From positions 121,519 through 185,518 of the forward strand of contig CAWJBX010000010.1 of assembly GCA_963841195.1 (NCBI GenBank): 64,000 nucleotides of DNA, in the 5' to 3' direction. Both the position numbers and the translations under genes were made by a program. Each line of letters begins with the position of its first letter. The first letter of the stretch is position 1. Source of the stretch: an uncultured Actinomycetes bacterium (lineage in GTDB: Bacteria; Actinomycetota; Acidimicrobiia; IMCC26256; PALSA-610). Positions 10,498-20,231 of this stretch are shown piece by piece. The notes beneath the pieces were generated by a model. It saw nothing but the letters and a program-made list of their open reading frames with translations, was not told the origin of the DNA and did not search any database.

Positions 10498-10543
10498 TGT
10501 TTGGACGGTTCTTGCCCCTCTAGGGGCTAAAACCGTCCAAACA
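10498..10543. repeat. nested palindromic intergenic element, copy A (likely bidirectional terminator)
   Basis: TGTTTGGACGGTT-ctt-GCCCCT-ct-AGGGGC-taa-AACCGTCCAAACA lies between convergent stops at 10493 and 10549. The right two thirds recur almost identically at 33350-33380. Confidence 0.8.
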
Positions 10544-10548
10544 CGGGG

Positions 10549-11595
10549 CTAGAGCTGTACCAAGCCGCGCGGCAACACGAGCGGCAACTCGGGATACGTG
10601 ACGATGCCGGGCGGCGCGCCGACAACTTGCGGGATCGCGTTGATCGCCGGCATCGCGGTCATGATCATGCCGAGCACCATGAAGTCGGCGAACGTCGTCG
10701 CTTCGAAGTCGGGCGGCGGCAAGAACCCGACCTTCGTCGTGACCGTGGGACGGCCGTCGACGGTGATCACCCAGCCGTCTTCGATCGGCCAGTCGGGGTC
10801 GAGCGTCTGGCCCTTCTTCCACCGCACGCGCAGTTCGACGATCGTGCGATCGCCGACACGACCCTGCCAACTCACCGTCATCCCGGCAACGCAACCGGCT
10901 TTGATTGTCCACGAGCCGAGGTCGAGATCCTGCGTCGTTTGCGCGTACTCCGCAACGCAGTCGATCGTGTCGAGTTCGACGCCCAGCGCGTCGGCAACCA
11001 TTGCGACCGCTTCCGCGAACACTCCGGTGCCCTGGGCGGTGAGCGATTGCAGTTCGGGATCGTCGACCGGACGTCCGAACCCGGCCAACAGTTCCGTGTC
11101 GGGCGAGTCGTACAGCGTGCTGTCGGCCGACTCCTGCACCGTAATCTTGTCGACGCGATCACAAATGCCCGCGGTCACGATCGCGAGCAGCTCGGCGAAA
11201 CCGGGATTCACGCCGGTACCGAACATCGACGAACCACCGCGTGCGCACGCATCGGCAATGCGCGCCCGCCCGTCGCCGAGATTCGCGCCGGTGATGAACG
11301 CGGCGGTGCTGACGACGTTCACGCCCGCTTCCAAGATGCGCACGAGCTCGTCGACGTTCTGCCACATCGGGTTGTAGACGACGCAATCCGGCTGCAACGC
11401 GAGCAACGCGTCGACATCGTTGGTCGCGGCGACCCCGACCGGATCGATGCCGCACAACTCGCCGACGTCATGGCCGACTTTCTCAGCCGACCACGCGTAA
11501 CAACCGACGAGTTCGAGCTCGGGGTTGCCGACGATCGCACGCACCGAGCGCTTGGCGACATTGCCTGTTGTCCATTGCACGACGCGAATGCTCAT
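10549..11595 (-). CDS. NAD(P)-binding dihydrodipicolinate-reductase-like / amine-dehydrogenase-like protein
   Basis: Rossmann-type N-terminus IRVVQWTTGNVAKRSVRAIV. ATGA overlap with the P450 stop. Confidence 0.7.
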   Translation of the reverse strand: MSIRVVQWTTGNVAKRSVRAIVGNPELELVGCYAWSAEKVGHDVGELCGIDPVGVAATNDVDALLALQPDCVVYNPMWQNVDELVRILEAGVNVVSTAAFITGANLGDGRARIADACARGGSSMFGTGVNPGFAELLAIVTAGICDRVDKITVQESADSTLYDSPDTELLAGFGRPVDDPELQSLTAQGTGVFAEAVAMVADALGVELDTIDCVAEYAQTTQDLDLGSWTIKAGCVAGMTVSWQGRVGDRTIVELRVRWKKGQTLDPDWPIEDGWVITVDGRPTVTTKVGFLPPPDFEATTFADFMVLGMIMTAMPAINAIPQVVGAPPGIVTYPELPLVLPRGLVQL

Positions 11596-12777
11596 GGCAG
11601 CAGCACCGGAAGCGTCTCGAAGCCGCGCACAGTTGACGTCGGCGCGATGTGCGCTCGACTGAGATCGACGTCCCATTCCGGGAAGCGGTTCAGCATCTCA
11701 TCGAGCGCAATCCGCCCTTCGATACGAGCGAGCGCGGCGCCCAAGCAGTAGTGAATGCCATATCCGAACGCGAGGTGCTGTCCGACCTTTCTATGTATGT
11801 CGAACTGCTCGGCGTTTTCCCACCGCCGTTCGTCGCGGTTCGCGGCCGTGACGACGAACATCATCACACTGTCGGCGGGGACCGTTTGCCCGTAGAGCTC
11901 GGCGGGCTCGGGCATGTAGCGCGCGATCTGCGGACCGGGCGACTCGAATCGCAACAACTCTTCGATCGTGTTCTGCAGCAGCGAACGGTCTTCGACGATC
12001 TCGCGCCGTTGGTCGGGGTGCTCGGCGAGCACCTTGCCGAACCAACCGATGAGCCGCGTGGTCGTCTCGTTGCCGGCGCCCGACACCACCGTGGTGTAGA
12101 GCAACGCTTCCTCGCGCGTCAGCGTGCGCGTGACACCGTGTTCGTCTTCGAACTCGGTCGTCAGCAAGTCGGTCATCAAGTCGTCGGAGGGATGGTCGAT
12201 GCGCCAGTCGATGTATTCGGCGTAGGCCTCGCTGCCGAAGGTCGTACCTTCCTCGACCTTCATCGCCTCGCCCGCCTTGACGCGCAGATTGGCGTCGGCG
12301 CTGGCGCGCACGGTCTCGACGTCTTCCTCGGGGATGCCGAACAACAGTCCCATCATCTTCGCGGGCATTTGTTGACCGAGGTCGGCGATGAGATCGAACT
12401 CGACGCGAGCCCACGAGCGGATCAAGGGCGGTGGCACAGAACTCGCGGATCTTCGGCTCCAACGCCGACACCCGCCGCGGCGTGAACACGCGCCCCAACA
12501 GGCTGCGGTGCACGTCGTGCGCGGGCGGATCCTCGAAGATGAGGTTGCCGGGCGGCAGTTCGATGTTGGCCCGGATCAGTTCGAGGATGCCGCCGCGGCC
12601 GGAGATGTAGCGCTTGGCGTCGACGAGACCCTTCTCGCAGTCTTCGTAACGCGTCACCGCGTAGAAGTCGTACTCCTCGTTGTAGTAAAGCGGCGCTTCG
12701 TCGCGCATGCGTTTGTACAACGGGTACGGATCCATGTTGTTGATCGCGGTGTACGGGTCGTAGGAGATATCGCTCAC
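11592..12777 (-). pseudogene. cytochrome P450, one frameshift near 12415-12440
   Basis: Heme loop FGYGIHYCLGAALAR and ELLRFESP are in the 3' frame. The N-terminal part (MSDISYDPY...EFCATALDPL) is in another frame. GTGA overlap with the upstream stop. Confidence 0.85.
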
Positions 12778-15093
12778 TGGTTTCGACCTTTCAACATGTC
12801 CATGATGCGCGCCGGAGAAAGCGGCAGGTCAGTAATGGTGACGCCGAACGGCGCGAGCGCGTCGGCGACGGCGTTGACGACCGCGGACGGCGCGCCGATC
12901 GCGCCCCCCTCGCCGACGCCTTTGACGCCACCGGGCCCGGGACTCGGCGTTTCGATGTGGCCGTATTCAATCGGCGGGATCTCGGCGGCCGACGGCATGA
13001 GATAGTCCATGAACGTCGTCGCGAGCGGGTTGCCTTCGTCGTCGTATTGCAAGTGTTCGTAGAGCACGCCCGCGATGCCTTGCACGACGCCGCCCGCGAT
13101 CTGACCCTCGACGACATCGGGATTGATCATCGGACCACAGTCTTCGCTCACGATGAACCGCAACAATTCGACGCGGCCGGTATTGGGATCGACCTCACAC
13201 GTACACACGTGCGTCGCGTTCACCCAGATCGACGTATTCGTCGCGGCATAGCGGGCGCTGGCTTCGAGCCCGGCCGGAATCCCTTCCGGCAGCGCCTGCG
13301 GTTGGAAGTACGCGAGCTGCGCGATGTCGCCGAGCGAAATCCCGATGGCTGGCGTACCGCGCACGTAGGCGCGACTCTCCGCGAGCTCGATGTCGTCAAC
13401 CGCGGCTTCGAGTTTGTGTGCGGCAATCGTGCGAATGCGTTCGCGCAAGATGCTCGCGGTCTCTTTGATCGCGCCGGCGGTCATCGAGCCGCTGCGGCTG
13501 CCGCCCGTGCCTGCACCGAATGAGGTCAGCGCGGTGTCGCCTTGAATCGTGTGTACGTCGGCGATGTCGGCGCCGAGCGCGTCGGCCGCGAGTTGCACGA
13601 CCGTCGTCTCGAGACTGTTCCCCGTCGACCCACCCGCGATGTAAACGTTGATCGTGCCCGACGGTTCGATACGGATCGTTGCCGCTTCCGTGCCGTAGTA
13701 GCCGTAACCCGGCGTCGATGGCTCGACGTACGAAGAGATGCCGACGCCGAGATAGCGGCCTTCCGCACGCGCGGCCGCTTGTTCTTTGCGGAACGCGTCG
13801 TAGTCGAGGATCTCGAGCGCCTGCTCGAGCGTTTCGTACGGCGAGATGCTGTCGTAGGTCATGCCGTTGGGGTTCATGAACGGCAACTCGTCGTGGTGCA
13901 ACAGATTGCGGCGCCGGAGCTCGGCCGGATCAATGTTCATGCGCCGCGCCGCAATGTCGAGCAGCACTTCACGCGCGAGCGTTTCGAACTGCCACGGCCC
14001 CCGATACGCGGTGCGTCCGACTGTGTTCGTGTAAAGCGTCTGCGCCGAGAAGCCAGCGCGCGGAACCCGATACGGGCCGGGAAAGAACACGCCAACCGCG
14101 GCCGCGGTCATCAGCGGCCACGGCGTCGGGTACGCGCCGCAGTCCTGCACGAAATCGATGTGCGCGGCCGTGATACGGCATTCGTCGTCGAACGCCATCG
14201 TCGACACGCCGTGTTCGTGGCGCGACTTGCCCGCCGCGAGCAGGTTTTCGCGCCGGTCTTCGACCCACTTGACGGGCGCACCGACCTTCGGCGCCGCGAG
14301 CATCAAGCACATCTCGTCGCGCTGCACGAGCACCTTTTGGCCGAAGCCGCCGCCCGTGTCGCGCATGATGACGCGGATGCGATGTTCGGGCATGCCGAGC
14401 AGGCGCGCGCAAAACATGCGGACTTCGTGGGGAGCTTGCGTTGCCGCGTAGATCGTGAGCTCGCCGGTCGTCGCGTAGTCGACAAGCATCCCGCGGCCTT
14501 CGAGCGGCGCGGGCACGTGCGCGTGTTGGCGGATCGTTTCCGTCACGACATGCGCGGCCGCGTCGAGCTCGGACTGCATCGCACCAAGTGGGAGACCGTT
14601 GAGTTCCGCGATGACGTTGGAGCCGTGCGCTTCGTGCACCAGTTCTTCGGACGCTGCGGCAGTGGTGTAGTCGACGACGGCAGGCAGCACGTCGTAGTCG
14701 ACGTCAACAAGCTCGGCGGCGTCGTGCGCGATCGCCAACGTGTCGGCGACAACCAGCGCGACGGGATCGCCGACGAACCGCACGGCGGTGTCGGCGAGCG
14801 GCGGCCGGGGTGTGTCCGGGCCCGTCGCGCCCGATCGACGTGTGCCACTGCTCCTTGGCGTCGGGGTTGAGATCGGCGGCCGTGAACACGTGGTGCACGC
14901 CCGGCAACGCGCGCGCGGCCGACGTGTCGATGCTGCGGATCGTGGCGCGCGCGACGGTGCTGCGAACGAAACGGGCGTGCAGCATGCGCGGCAGCACGAT
15001 GTCGTCGACGTAAGCACCACGACCCGTAAGCAGTCGCGCATCCTCGACGCGCTGAATGCGCGCGCCGACGTAGCGCGCCGCGTCTCCGCTCAC
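12774..15093 (-). pseudogene. xanthine dehydrogenase/CoxL-family molybdopterin-binding large subunit, one frameshift near 14825-14835
   Basis: N-terminus VGARIQRVEDARLLTGRGAYVDDI is in one frame. The body (TAYRGPWQFE, GGGFGQK, GVGEGGAIGAP) is in another. GTG 15093 forms a GTGA overlap with the SDR stop. Confidence 0.85.
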
Positions 15094-15830
15094 GGAATCA
15101 AGATGCTGCGCCCGCCGTCGACGGGGATGACCGCGCCGGTGACGAACGACGCCCGATCGGAGGCCAGGAACGCGGCGACTTCGGCGATCTCGTGGGCTTG
15201 ACCGAGGCGCTTCATCGGCGTCTTGTCGGCGGCACCGGGATAGTGGTCGAGGCTCGCGCCCATGCCTTCGGTCTTGATGTAACCGGGGCACACGCAGTTC
15301 ACGCGAATGCCCTTGTCGGCGTACTCGACCGCGGCTGTTCGCGTCACCGAGATCACGCCCGCTTTCGCCGCCGAATACACGCCCGTGAACGGCGACGCGT
15401 TCAACCCGCCGATCGAAGACCAGTTGACGATTGCGCCGCCCTGGCCGCTTTCGAGCATCGTGCGGATCGCGTGCTTCGTACCGAGCAACACGCCGCGCAG
15501 GTCGATGTCCATGACGCGGTCGTAATGCTCCATCGTGATGTCGGCGACCATCGCGGCGTCACCGATACCGGCAACGTTGAGCACGGCGTCGAGTTGACCG
15601 AACTCGTCGACGGCGGCGCGCATCGCGGCTTCGACGTCGGACTCTTTTGTGACGTCGCAGTGCACGGGCACGACTGCGTCACCGATCTCGGCGGCAACGT
15701 CTTTCTCGGCGCCGCTGATGTCGGCCGCGATCACGCGTGCGCCTTCCGCCGCGAACAGCTTCACGGAAGCCTTCGCCATGCCCGAGCCCGCGCCTGTGAT
15801 CACCGCGACTTTGCCGTCCAACAGCGCCAT
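15090..15830 (-). CDS. short-chain dehydrogenase/reductase (SDR)
   Basis: ITGAGSGMAKA Rossmann motif and YSAAKAG catalytic motif. Intact 246-aa ORF. Confidence 0.9.
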   Translation of the reverse strand: MALLDGKVAVITGAGSGMAKASVKLFAAEGARVIAADISGAEKDVAAEIGDAVVPVHCDVTKESDVEAAMRAAVDEFGQLDAVLNVAGIGDAAMVADITMEHYDRVMDIDLRGVLLGTKHAIRTMLESGQGGAIVNWSSIGGLNASPFTGVYSAAKAGVISVTRTAAVEYADKGIRVNCVCPGYIKTEGMGASLDHYPGAADKTPMKRLGQAHEIAEVAAFLASDRASFVTGAVIPVDGGRSILIP

Positions 15831-15909
15831 GCCGGCCCCTTCCTCGTATTGGTGGCAGCACTATGCTGCGAAATCCTCGGCCGGGCAAGCCGGCTGCTCA
15901 ACGAAGCGC

Positions 15910-16566
15910 TCAGTCCGGCGGGAGGCCGAGCGCGTTGGCCCACAGCCGCGTGAGTTGTTCGACCGCCTCGTCGAAGTCGTAGTCGCGGTAGCCCTGCACC
16001 ATCCAGAGCTCCGCAAAGCGCGCAACCATCGCACCGAGCGCATCGGCGGCGATCTTCGGGTTCACCCCTTGGTCGGCGAGGCCGTCGCGCTGCAGACGCT
16101 GGATCGAACGTTCGGCGCGCTCGGCGAAGTGCTTCATCGTCGCAAAGCGCGCCGCACTCACGTGTTCGTCGTAGCGCGACACCTGTTCGACGACACCCAT
16201 GAGATTCGACGCTTCGCGGTAACGCTCGAAATAGCGGCGGTTGGCGTCGCCGATCACGGCACGCGGCCCCGCTTCTCGCGCGTCATCGCGTTCCGGATCG
16301 GGCGCGGTCAAACGCTCCTCTTGTGCTTCCGCGACCTCGCGAAAGATCTGCTCTTTGGAATCGAAGTAGTGGTAGAAGGAGCCCTGCGACAGGTTGGCGG
16401 CGGCGGCAATGTCGGAGATGCGCGCGTTGAGGAAACCGTCGCGTTCGAAGACCTCGCGTGCCGCTTCGATCAGCCGGGCGCGCGTCTTGGCACCTTTGCG
16501 GGAGCGCGGCGTGGCCGGAACAGAACCGCCCTCTCGTGCGGGGTCGGCTGCCGCCGCGTTTGCCAC
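15910..16566 (-). CDS. TetR family transcriptional regulator
   Basis: HTH ARISDIAAAANLSQGSFYHYFDSKEQI. Start taken at GTG 16566. The upstream part of the long ORF is Ala/Ser/Arg-rich and looks non-coding. Confidence 0.8.
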   Translation of the reverse strand: MANAAAADPAREGGSVPATPRSRKGAKTRARLIEAAREVFERDGFLNARISDIAAAANLSQGSFYHYFDSKEQIFREVAEAQEERLTAPDPERDDAREAGPRAVIGDANRRYFERYREASNLMGVVEQVSRYDEHVSAARFATMKHFAERAERSIQRLQRDGLADQGVNPKIAADALGAMVARFAELWMVQGYRDYDFDEAVEQLTRLWANALGLPPD

Positions 16567-16723
16567 GCGTGTCCTTCTCTCGTTGGCCGCAAAGCGCACG
16601 GTATCCCGGCGCGCCACTGGAGCATCCGGGCCAGCGTTCGGTACTCTACTGAAATCGACGTCAATCTCAAGATTGGCGCCATATGGGTGCCGCCAATGGG
16701 CTTCCCACTGACTTGGACCGCTG

Positions 16724-17692
16724 ATGGACGTCCGCCTTTCGGCCGAACAACTCGCACTCCGCGACGCCGCGGCGCGCCTCGTCGACCAGCTCGGCCCGCA
16801 CACTGTGGCCGCGCTCGACGACGTCGACCGTGCCCGCAGGCTTGATGCCGCGATCGCGGCCGCGGGGTGGCGCGAACTTCGCGCGGCCGCCGACGGCGAC
16901 GCCCCGCTCGCATCGGCCGTCGAGGTCGCGCTCGTGGCCGAAGAACTGGCACGCGGCCTCGCCGACACCGCGTTCATCGGCCCGACGCTCGCCGCCGACT
17001 TGCGCCGGCGCGCGGGCGTGCCCGGCGCGACGAGCGGAGAAACGATCGTCGTCGACGCGCTGGCGATCGACGCGCAGGAATGTGAAGCCGCGCTCGTCGT
17101 GGGAGCCGACGGCGCGCTCGGACGCGTCGAACTGACCACAACCCATCGCACCTCTGACCTCACGCGCGCGGTCGCGCCGGTCGCCGACACCTCGATCGAA
17201 CGGATTGGCGAGCTTGGTGACGACGACCGCGCCCGTTGGGAAGCGCTCGGGATCGCGTTGACGTGCGCCGAACTCGTCGGTGTGATGCGCGGCGCGACTG
17301 CACTCGCGACGGAATACGCGGCGGCGCGCCGTCAGTTCGGCACGCCCGTCGGTTCGTTCCAAGCGGTGCAACATCTGTTAGCCGACGCGCTCGTCGCCGC
17401 CGAAGGCTCGAGCAGCGCGGCGTTGCACGCGGCCTGGTCGGTCGACGCGCTCGACCCGGAAGACGCGATCGCGGCGTGCGCGCTCGCCAAGGCGTATTGC
17501 TCGCGCGCGGCCGTCGCCGTATGCGAAACCGCGATCCAAGTGCACGGCGGCATCGGGAACACGTGGGATTGTCTCGCCCACGTCTACCTGCGGCGGGCGT
17601 TGTTTGCGATCGATCTCTTCGGTGACGTCGGCCGTAGCCTCGAGCGCGTGCTCGCGTACAACGGAGTCGGAGCGAGCGATGGACTTCGCTGA
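16724..17692 (+). CDS. acyl-CoA dehydrogenase family protein, short subunit of an adjacent pair
   Basis: ACAD C-terminal helical-domain pattern (FQAVQHLLADA, QVHGGIGNTWD). 322 aa. Overlaps the next ACAD gene by 14 nt. Confidence 0.75.
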   Translation: MDVRLSAEQLALRDAAARLVDQLGPHTVAALDDVDRARRLDAAIAAAGWRELRAAADGDAPLASAVEVALVAEELARGLADTAFIGPTLAADLRRRAGVPGATSGETIVVDALAIDAQECEAALVVGADGALGRVELTTTHRTSDLTRAVAPVADTSIERIGELGDDDRARWEALGIALTCAELVGVMRGATALATEYAAARRQFGTPVGSFQAVQHLLADALVAAEGSSSAALHAAWSVDALDPEDAIAACALAKAYCSRAAVAVCETAIQVHGGIGNTWDCLAHVYLRRALFAIDLFGDVGRSLERVLAYNGVGASDGLR

Positions 17693-18809
17693 CTCGCCGG
17701 CGGAAGCCGAGTTCCGCGCCCGCCTGCGCGCGTGGGTGGAAGCCAACAATCCGAAGTTGCCGCCGTCGTCAACTGACGACGCGTATTGGCGCGCGCAGGC
17801 TCCTTGGCACGTTGCGCTCTACGACGCGGGCTTCTTCGGCATGTCCTGGCCGGTCGAGATCGGTGGCCACGGTATGCCGGCGACGTTCGACGCGATCGTC
17901 GACGACGAACTTGCAGCCGCGGGCGCGCCGCCGCGGCCGGGCCTTGGCTACTTGGTGCACGGCATCGCCGCGCACGGCAATGACGACATCAAGCAACGCT
18001 TCTTGCCGGGCATCGTGAACGGCCGCGAGCGTTGGTGCCAGGGGTTCAGCGAACCGGAAGCGGGCAGCGATCTCGCGTCGCTGCGGACGCGCGCTGATCT
18101 CGACGGCGACGAGTACGTCGTCCACGGCCACAAGATCTGGACGAGCTACTCCGACGACGCGCGGTGGTGTTTGTTGCTGGCGCGCACTGATCACGAAGTC
18201 GCCAAGCACAAAGGCATCTCAGCGTTCGCGATCAACATGGACCAGCCCGGGATCGAACGGCGGCCGCTGCCGATGATCAACGGGATCACGAAGGAGTTCG
18301 GCGAAGTTCGCTTCGACGGCGCGCGCGTTCCGGCGGCGAACATGATCGGCGCGCCGGGCGAAGGTTGGAAGCTCGCGATGACGGTCGTGAGCCACGAACG
18401 CGAGCCCGGCGAACTCGGTTACGTCGCGCGGTACCGCAAGATCGTCAACGAACTCGGGGCGCTCGTGCGCAGCCGGCCTGACGCATACGACAGCGAACAA
18501 CGCCGCGAACTGGCGTGGGCCATTGTCGAAACCGAGATGCTGCGCCTCCACGTCTGCCGGCGCCTTTCGGCTCGCCTCGACGGCATCACGCATGGTTCGG
18601 AAGGCTCGATCGACAAGCTGCTGATGACCGCGACCGAACAGACCGTCGGGCACGCGGCCATCGCAATCGGCGGGATCGACCACGGGAGCGACGGCGGCAC
18701 GTGGCTCAAGGCGTATCTCTACAGCCGGGCCCAGAGCGTCATGGGCGGCACGTCGCAAATACAACGCAACCTCGTTGCAACTCGACTCCTTGGACTGCCG
18801 AACTCATGA
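17679..18809 (+). CDS. acyl-CoA dehydrogenase
   Basis: Motifs FGMSWPVEIGGHG, FSEPEAGSDLASLRT and GGTSQIQRNLVA. Start taken at ATG 17679 (MDFADSPAEAEF). Confidence 0.85.
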   Translation: MDFADSPAEAEFRARLRAWVEANNPKLPPSSTDDAYWRAQAPWHVALYDAGFFGMSWPVEIGGHGMPATFDAIVDDELAAAGAPPRPGLGYLVHGIAAHGNDDIKQRFLPGIVNGRERWCQGFSEPEAGSDLASLRTRADLDGDEYVVHGHKIWTSYSDDARWCLLLARTDHEVAKHKGISAFAINMDQPGIERRPLPMINGITKEFGEVRFDGARVPAANMIGAPGEGWKLAMTVVSHEREPGELGYVARYRKIVNELGALVRSRPDAYDSEQRRELAWAIVETEMLRLHVCRRLSARLDGITHGSEGSIDKLLMTATEQTVGHAAIAIGGIDHGSDGGTWLKAYLYSRAQSVMGGTSQIQRNLVATRLLGLPNS

Positions 18810-18939
18810 GCGAGCGTCGCGAGGCGCCGCTTGGGAGCACCACCACCCAAGGTCTTGCGGCGCGTTCCCTGAGCCCCACGCTGAGCAGCGAGCGGGGCCC
18901 GAGCGGCCCGGCGGCGAAGCCGCCGAGAGCGGAGAAACA

Positions 18940-19710
18940 ATGAGCGACGTCATTCAGATCGAACACGACGGCCCGATCCGGATCGTGCGCCTCAACCGTC
19001 CCGACGAGTTGAACGCGACGAACCATGAGCTGCATCACGCGCTCGCATCGTTGTTCCCCGAGATCGATGCCGACGACGACGCGCGCGCCGTTGTGTTGAC
19101 GGGCAATGGCCGTGCGTTCTCGGCGGGCGGCGACTTCCAGTATCTCGACGAACTCACGCGCGACGCTGCTTTACGCGAGCAGACGTTGGCCGACGGCAAG
19201 CGCATCGTCACGAGCATGGCGGCGTGTCGCGTGCCGGTCGTCGCGGCTGTCAACGGGCCCGCGGTCGGTCTGGGCTGCAGCCTCGTTGCGTTGTCCGACA
19301 TCGTGTTCATTGCCGAGAGCGCGCACCTTGCCGATCCCCATGTCGCGCTCGGCCTGGTCGCGGCCGACGGCGGTCCGATCACGTGGCCGCTGTTGATGAG
19401 CTTGCAGCTGGTCAAGGAATACGCGCTGACGGGTGCGCGCATCCCGGCGCAGCGCGCGGTCGAGATCGGGCTCGCAAACCACATGTGTCCCGACGACGAA
19501 GTGCTGACCCAGGCGCTGGCGTGCGCCCATCAGATCGCGAAGCTGCCGAAGCGCGCCGTCGAAGACACCAAGCGCGTGATCAACGTGCACCTCGAACGCG
19601 CCGTGCTCGCAACGATCGACCACGCGCTCGCGGCCGAGGACCGTTCCTTCACGTCACCCGAACTGCGAGCGAACCTCGACCGGTTGATGAAGCCCCGCGC
19701 CGACAAGTAG
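18940..19710 (+). CDS. enoyl-CoA hydratase/isomerase (crotonase) family protein
   Basis: LTGNGRAFSAGGDF and VAAVNGPAVGLGCS. Start taken at ATG 18940 (MSDVIQIEHDGP). Confidence 0.85.
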   Translation: MSDVIQIEHDGPIRIVRLNRPDELNATNHELHHALASLFPEIDADDDARAVVLTGNGRAFSAGGDFQYLDELTRDAALREQTLADGKRIVTSMAACRVPVVAAVNGPAVGLGCSLVALSDIVFIAESAHLADPHVALGLVAADGGPITWPLLMSLQLVKEYALTGARIPAQRAVEIGLANHMCPDDEVLTQALACAHQIAKLPKRAVEDTKRVINVHLERAVLATIDHALAAEDRSFTSPELRANLDRLMKPRADK

Positions 19711-19715
19711 TCGGG

Positions 19716-20183
19716 TCACGAGCGGCGTTTGCGCGCCGACCACCGGATGCGCGGGGGCCGAACCGCCGCACACAACGGCCAGCCGTGGTCGTCGCTCAGC
19801 CCGAGCCGACCAACGAGTACACCTTTGTCGATGGCCGCCGCCATGACCTCGTCGGGCACCGCGTCGAGCATGAGCTTGGCGCGGCGAAACATCGTGAACG
19901 TGCCGGCGTCGTCGACAACACCCCAGGTGATGTACACGAATCGGTTTCCGGACGACCCCTGAATCTGCGCACCTCGCACATCCGCATGCGGTGCGGGCGT
20001 GACGACATCGCACTCGAGTTCCCAGACAACCGATTCCGCATCGCCCGGAGAACATCCGACCAGGTCCTGCTGACTCTTTCGGCCTTGGACCGCGACGTGA
20101 ATGTTGTGATGGCCGTCGGGAAAGTCGGGACCGGGCCCACACGTGCGGCCGGGCAGCTCGGATCCTTCAAGCCGGATGAGCAC
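19716..20183 (-). CDS. conserved hypothetical protein (resembles the DUF5990 family)
   Basis: Intact 155-aa ORF with coding-like composition. FVYITWG...FRRAKLMLDAV resembles that family from memory, not verified. Confidence 0.5.
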   Translation of the reverse strand: MLIRLEGSELPGRTCGPGPDFPDGHHNIHVAVQGRKSQQDLVGCSPGDAESVVWELECDVVTPAPHADVRGAQIQGSSGNRFVYITWGVVDDAGTFTMFRRAKLMLDAVPDEVMAAAIDKGVLVGRLGLSDDHGWPLCAAVRPPRIRWSARKRRS

Positions 20184-20231
20184 GTGTCCATCATCGCGTC
20201 CCGAGGCGGCCAGTTGGTGGGGTTTCGCGAG

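Noticed and set aside
16672-16697. The inverted repeat ATTGGCG-N12-CGCCAAT (with central CCATATGG) between the TetR gene and the ACAD genes, as a TetR operator.
   Set aside because: The arms are short (7 bp) with a long spacer and occur only once. The idea is plausible but not distinguishable from chance by eye.
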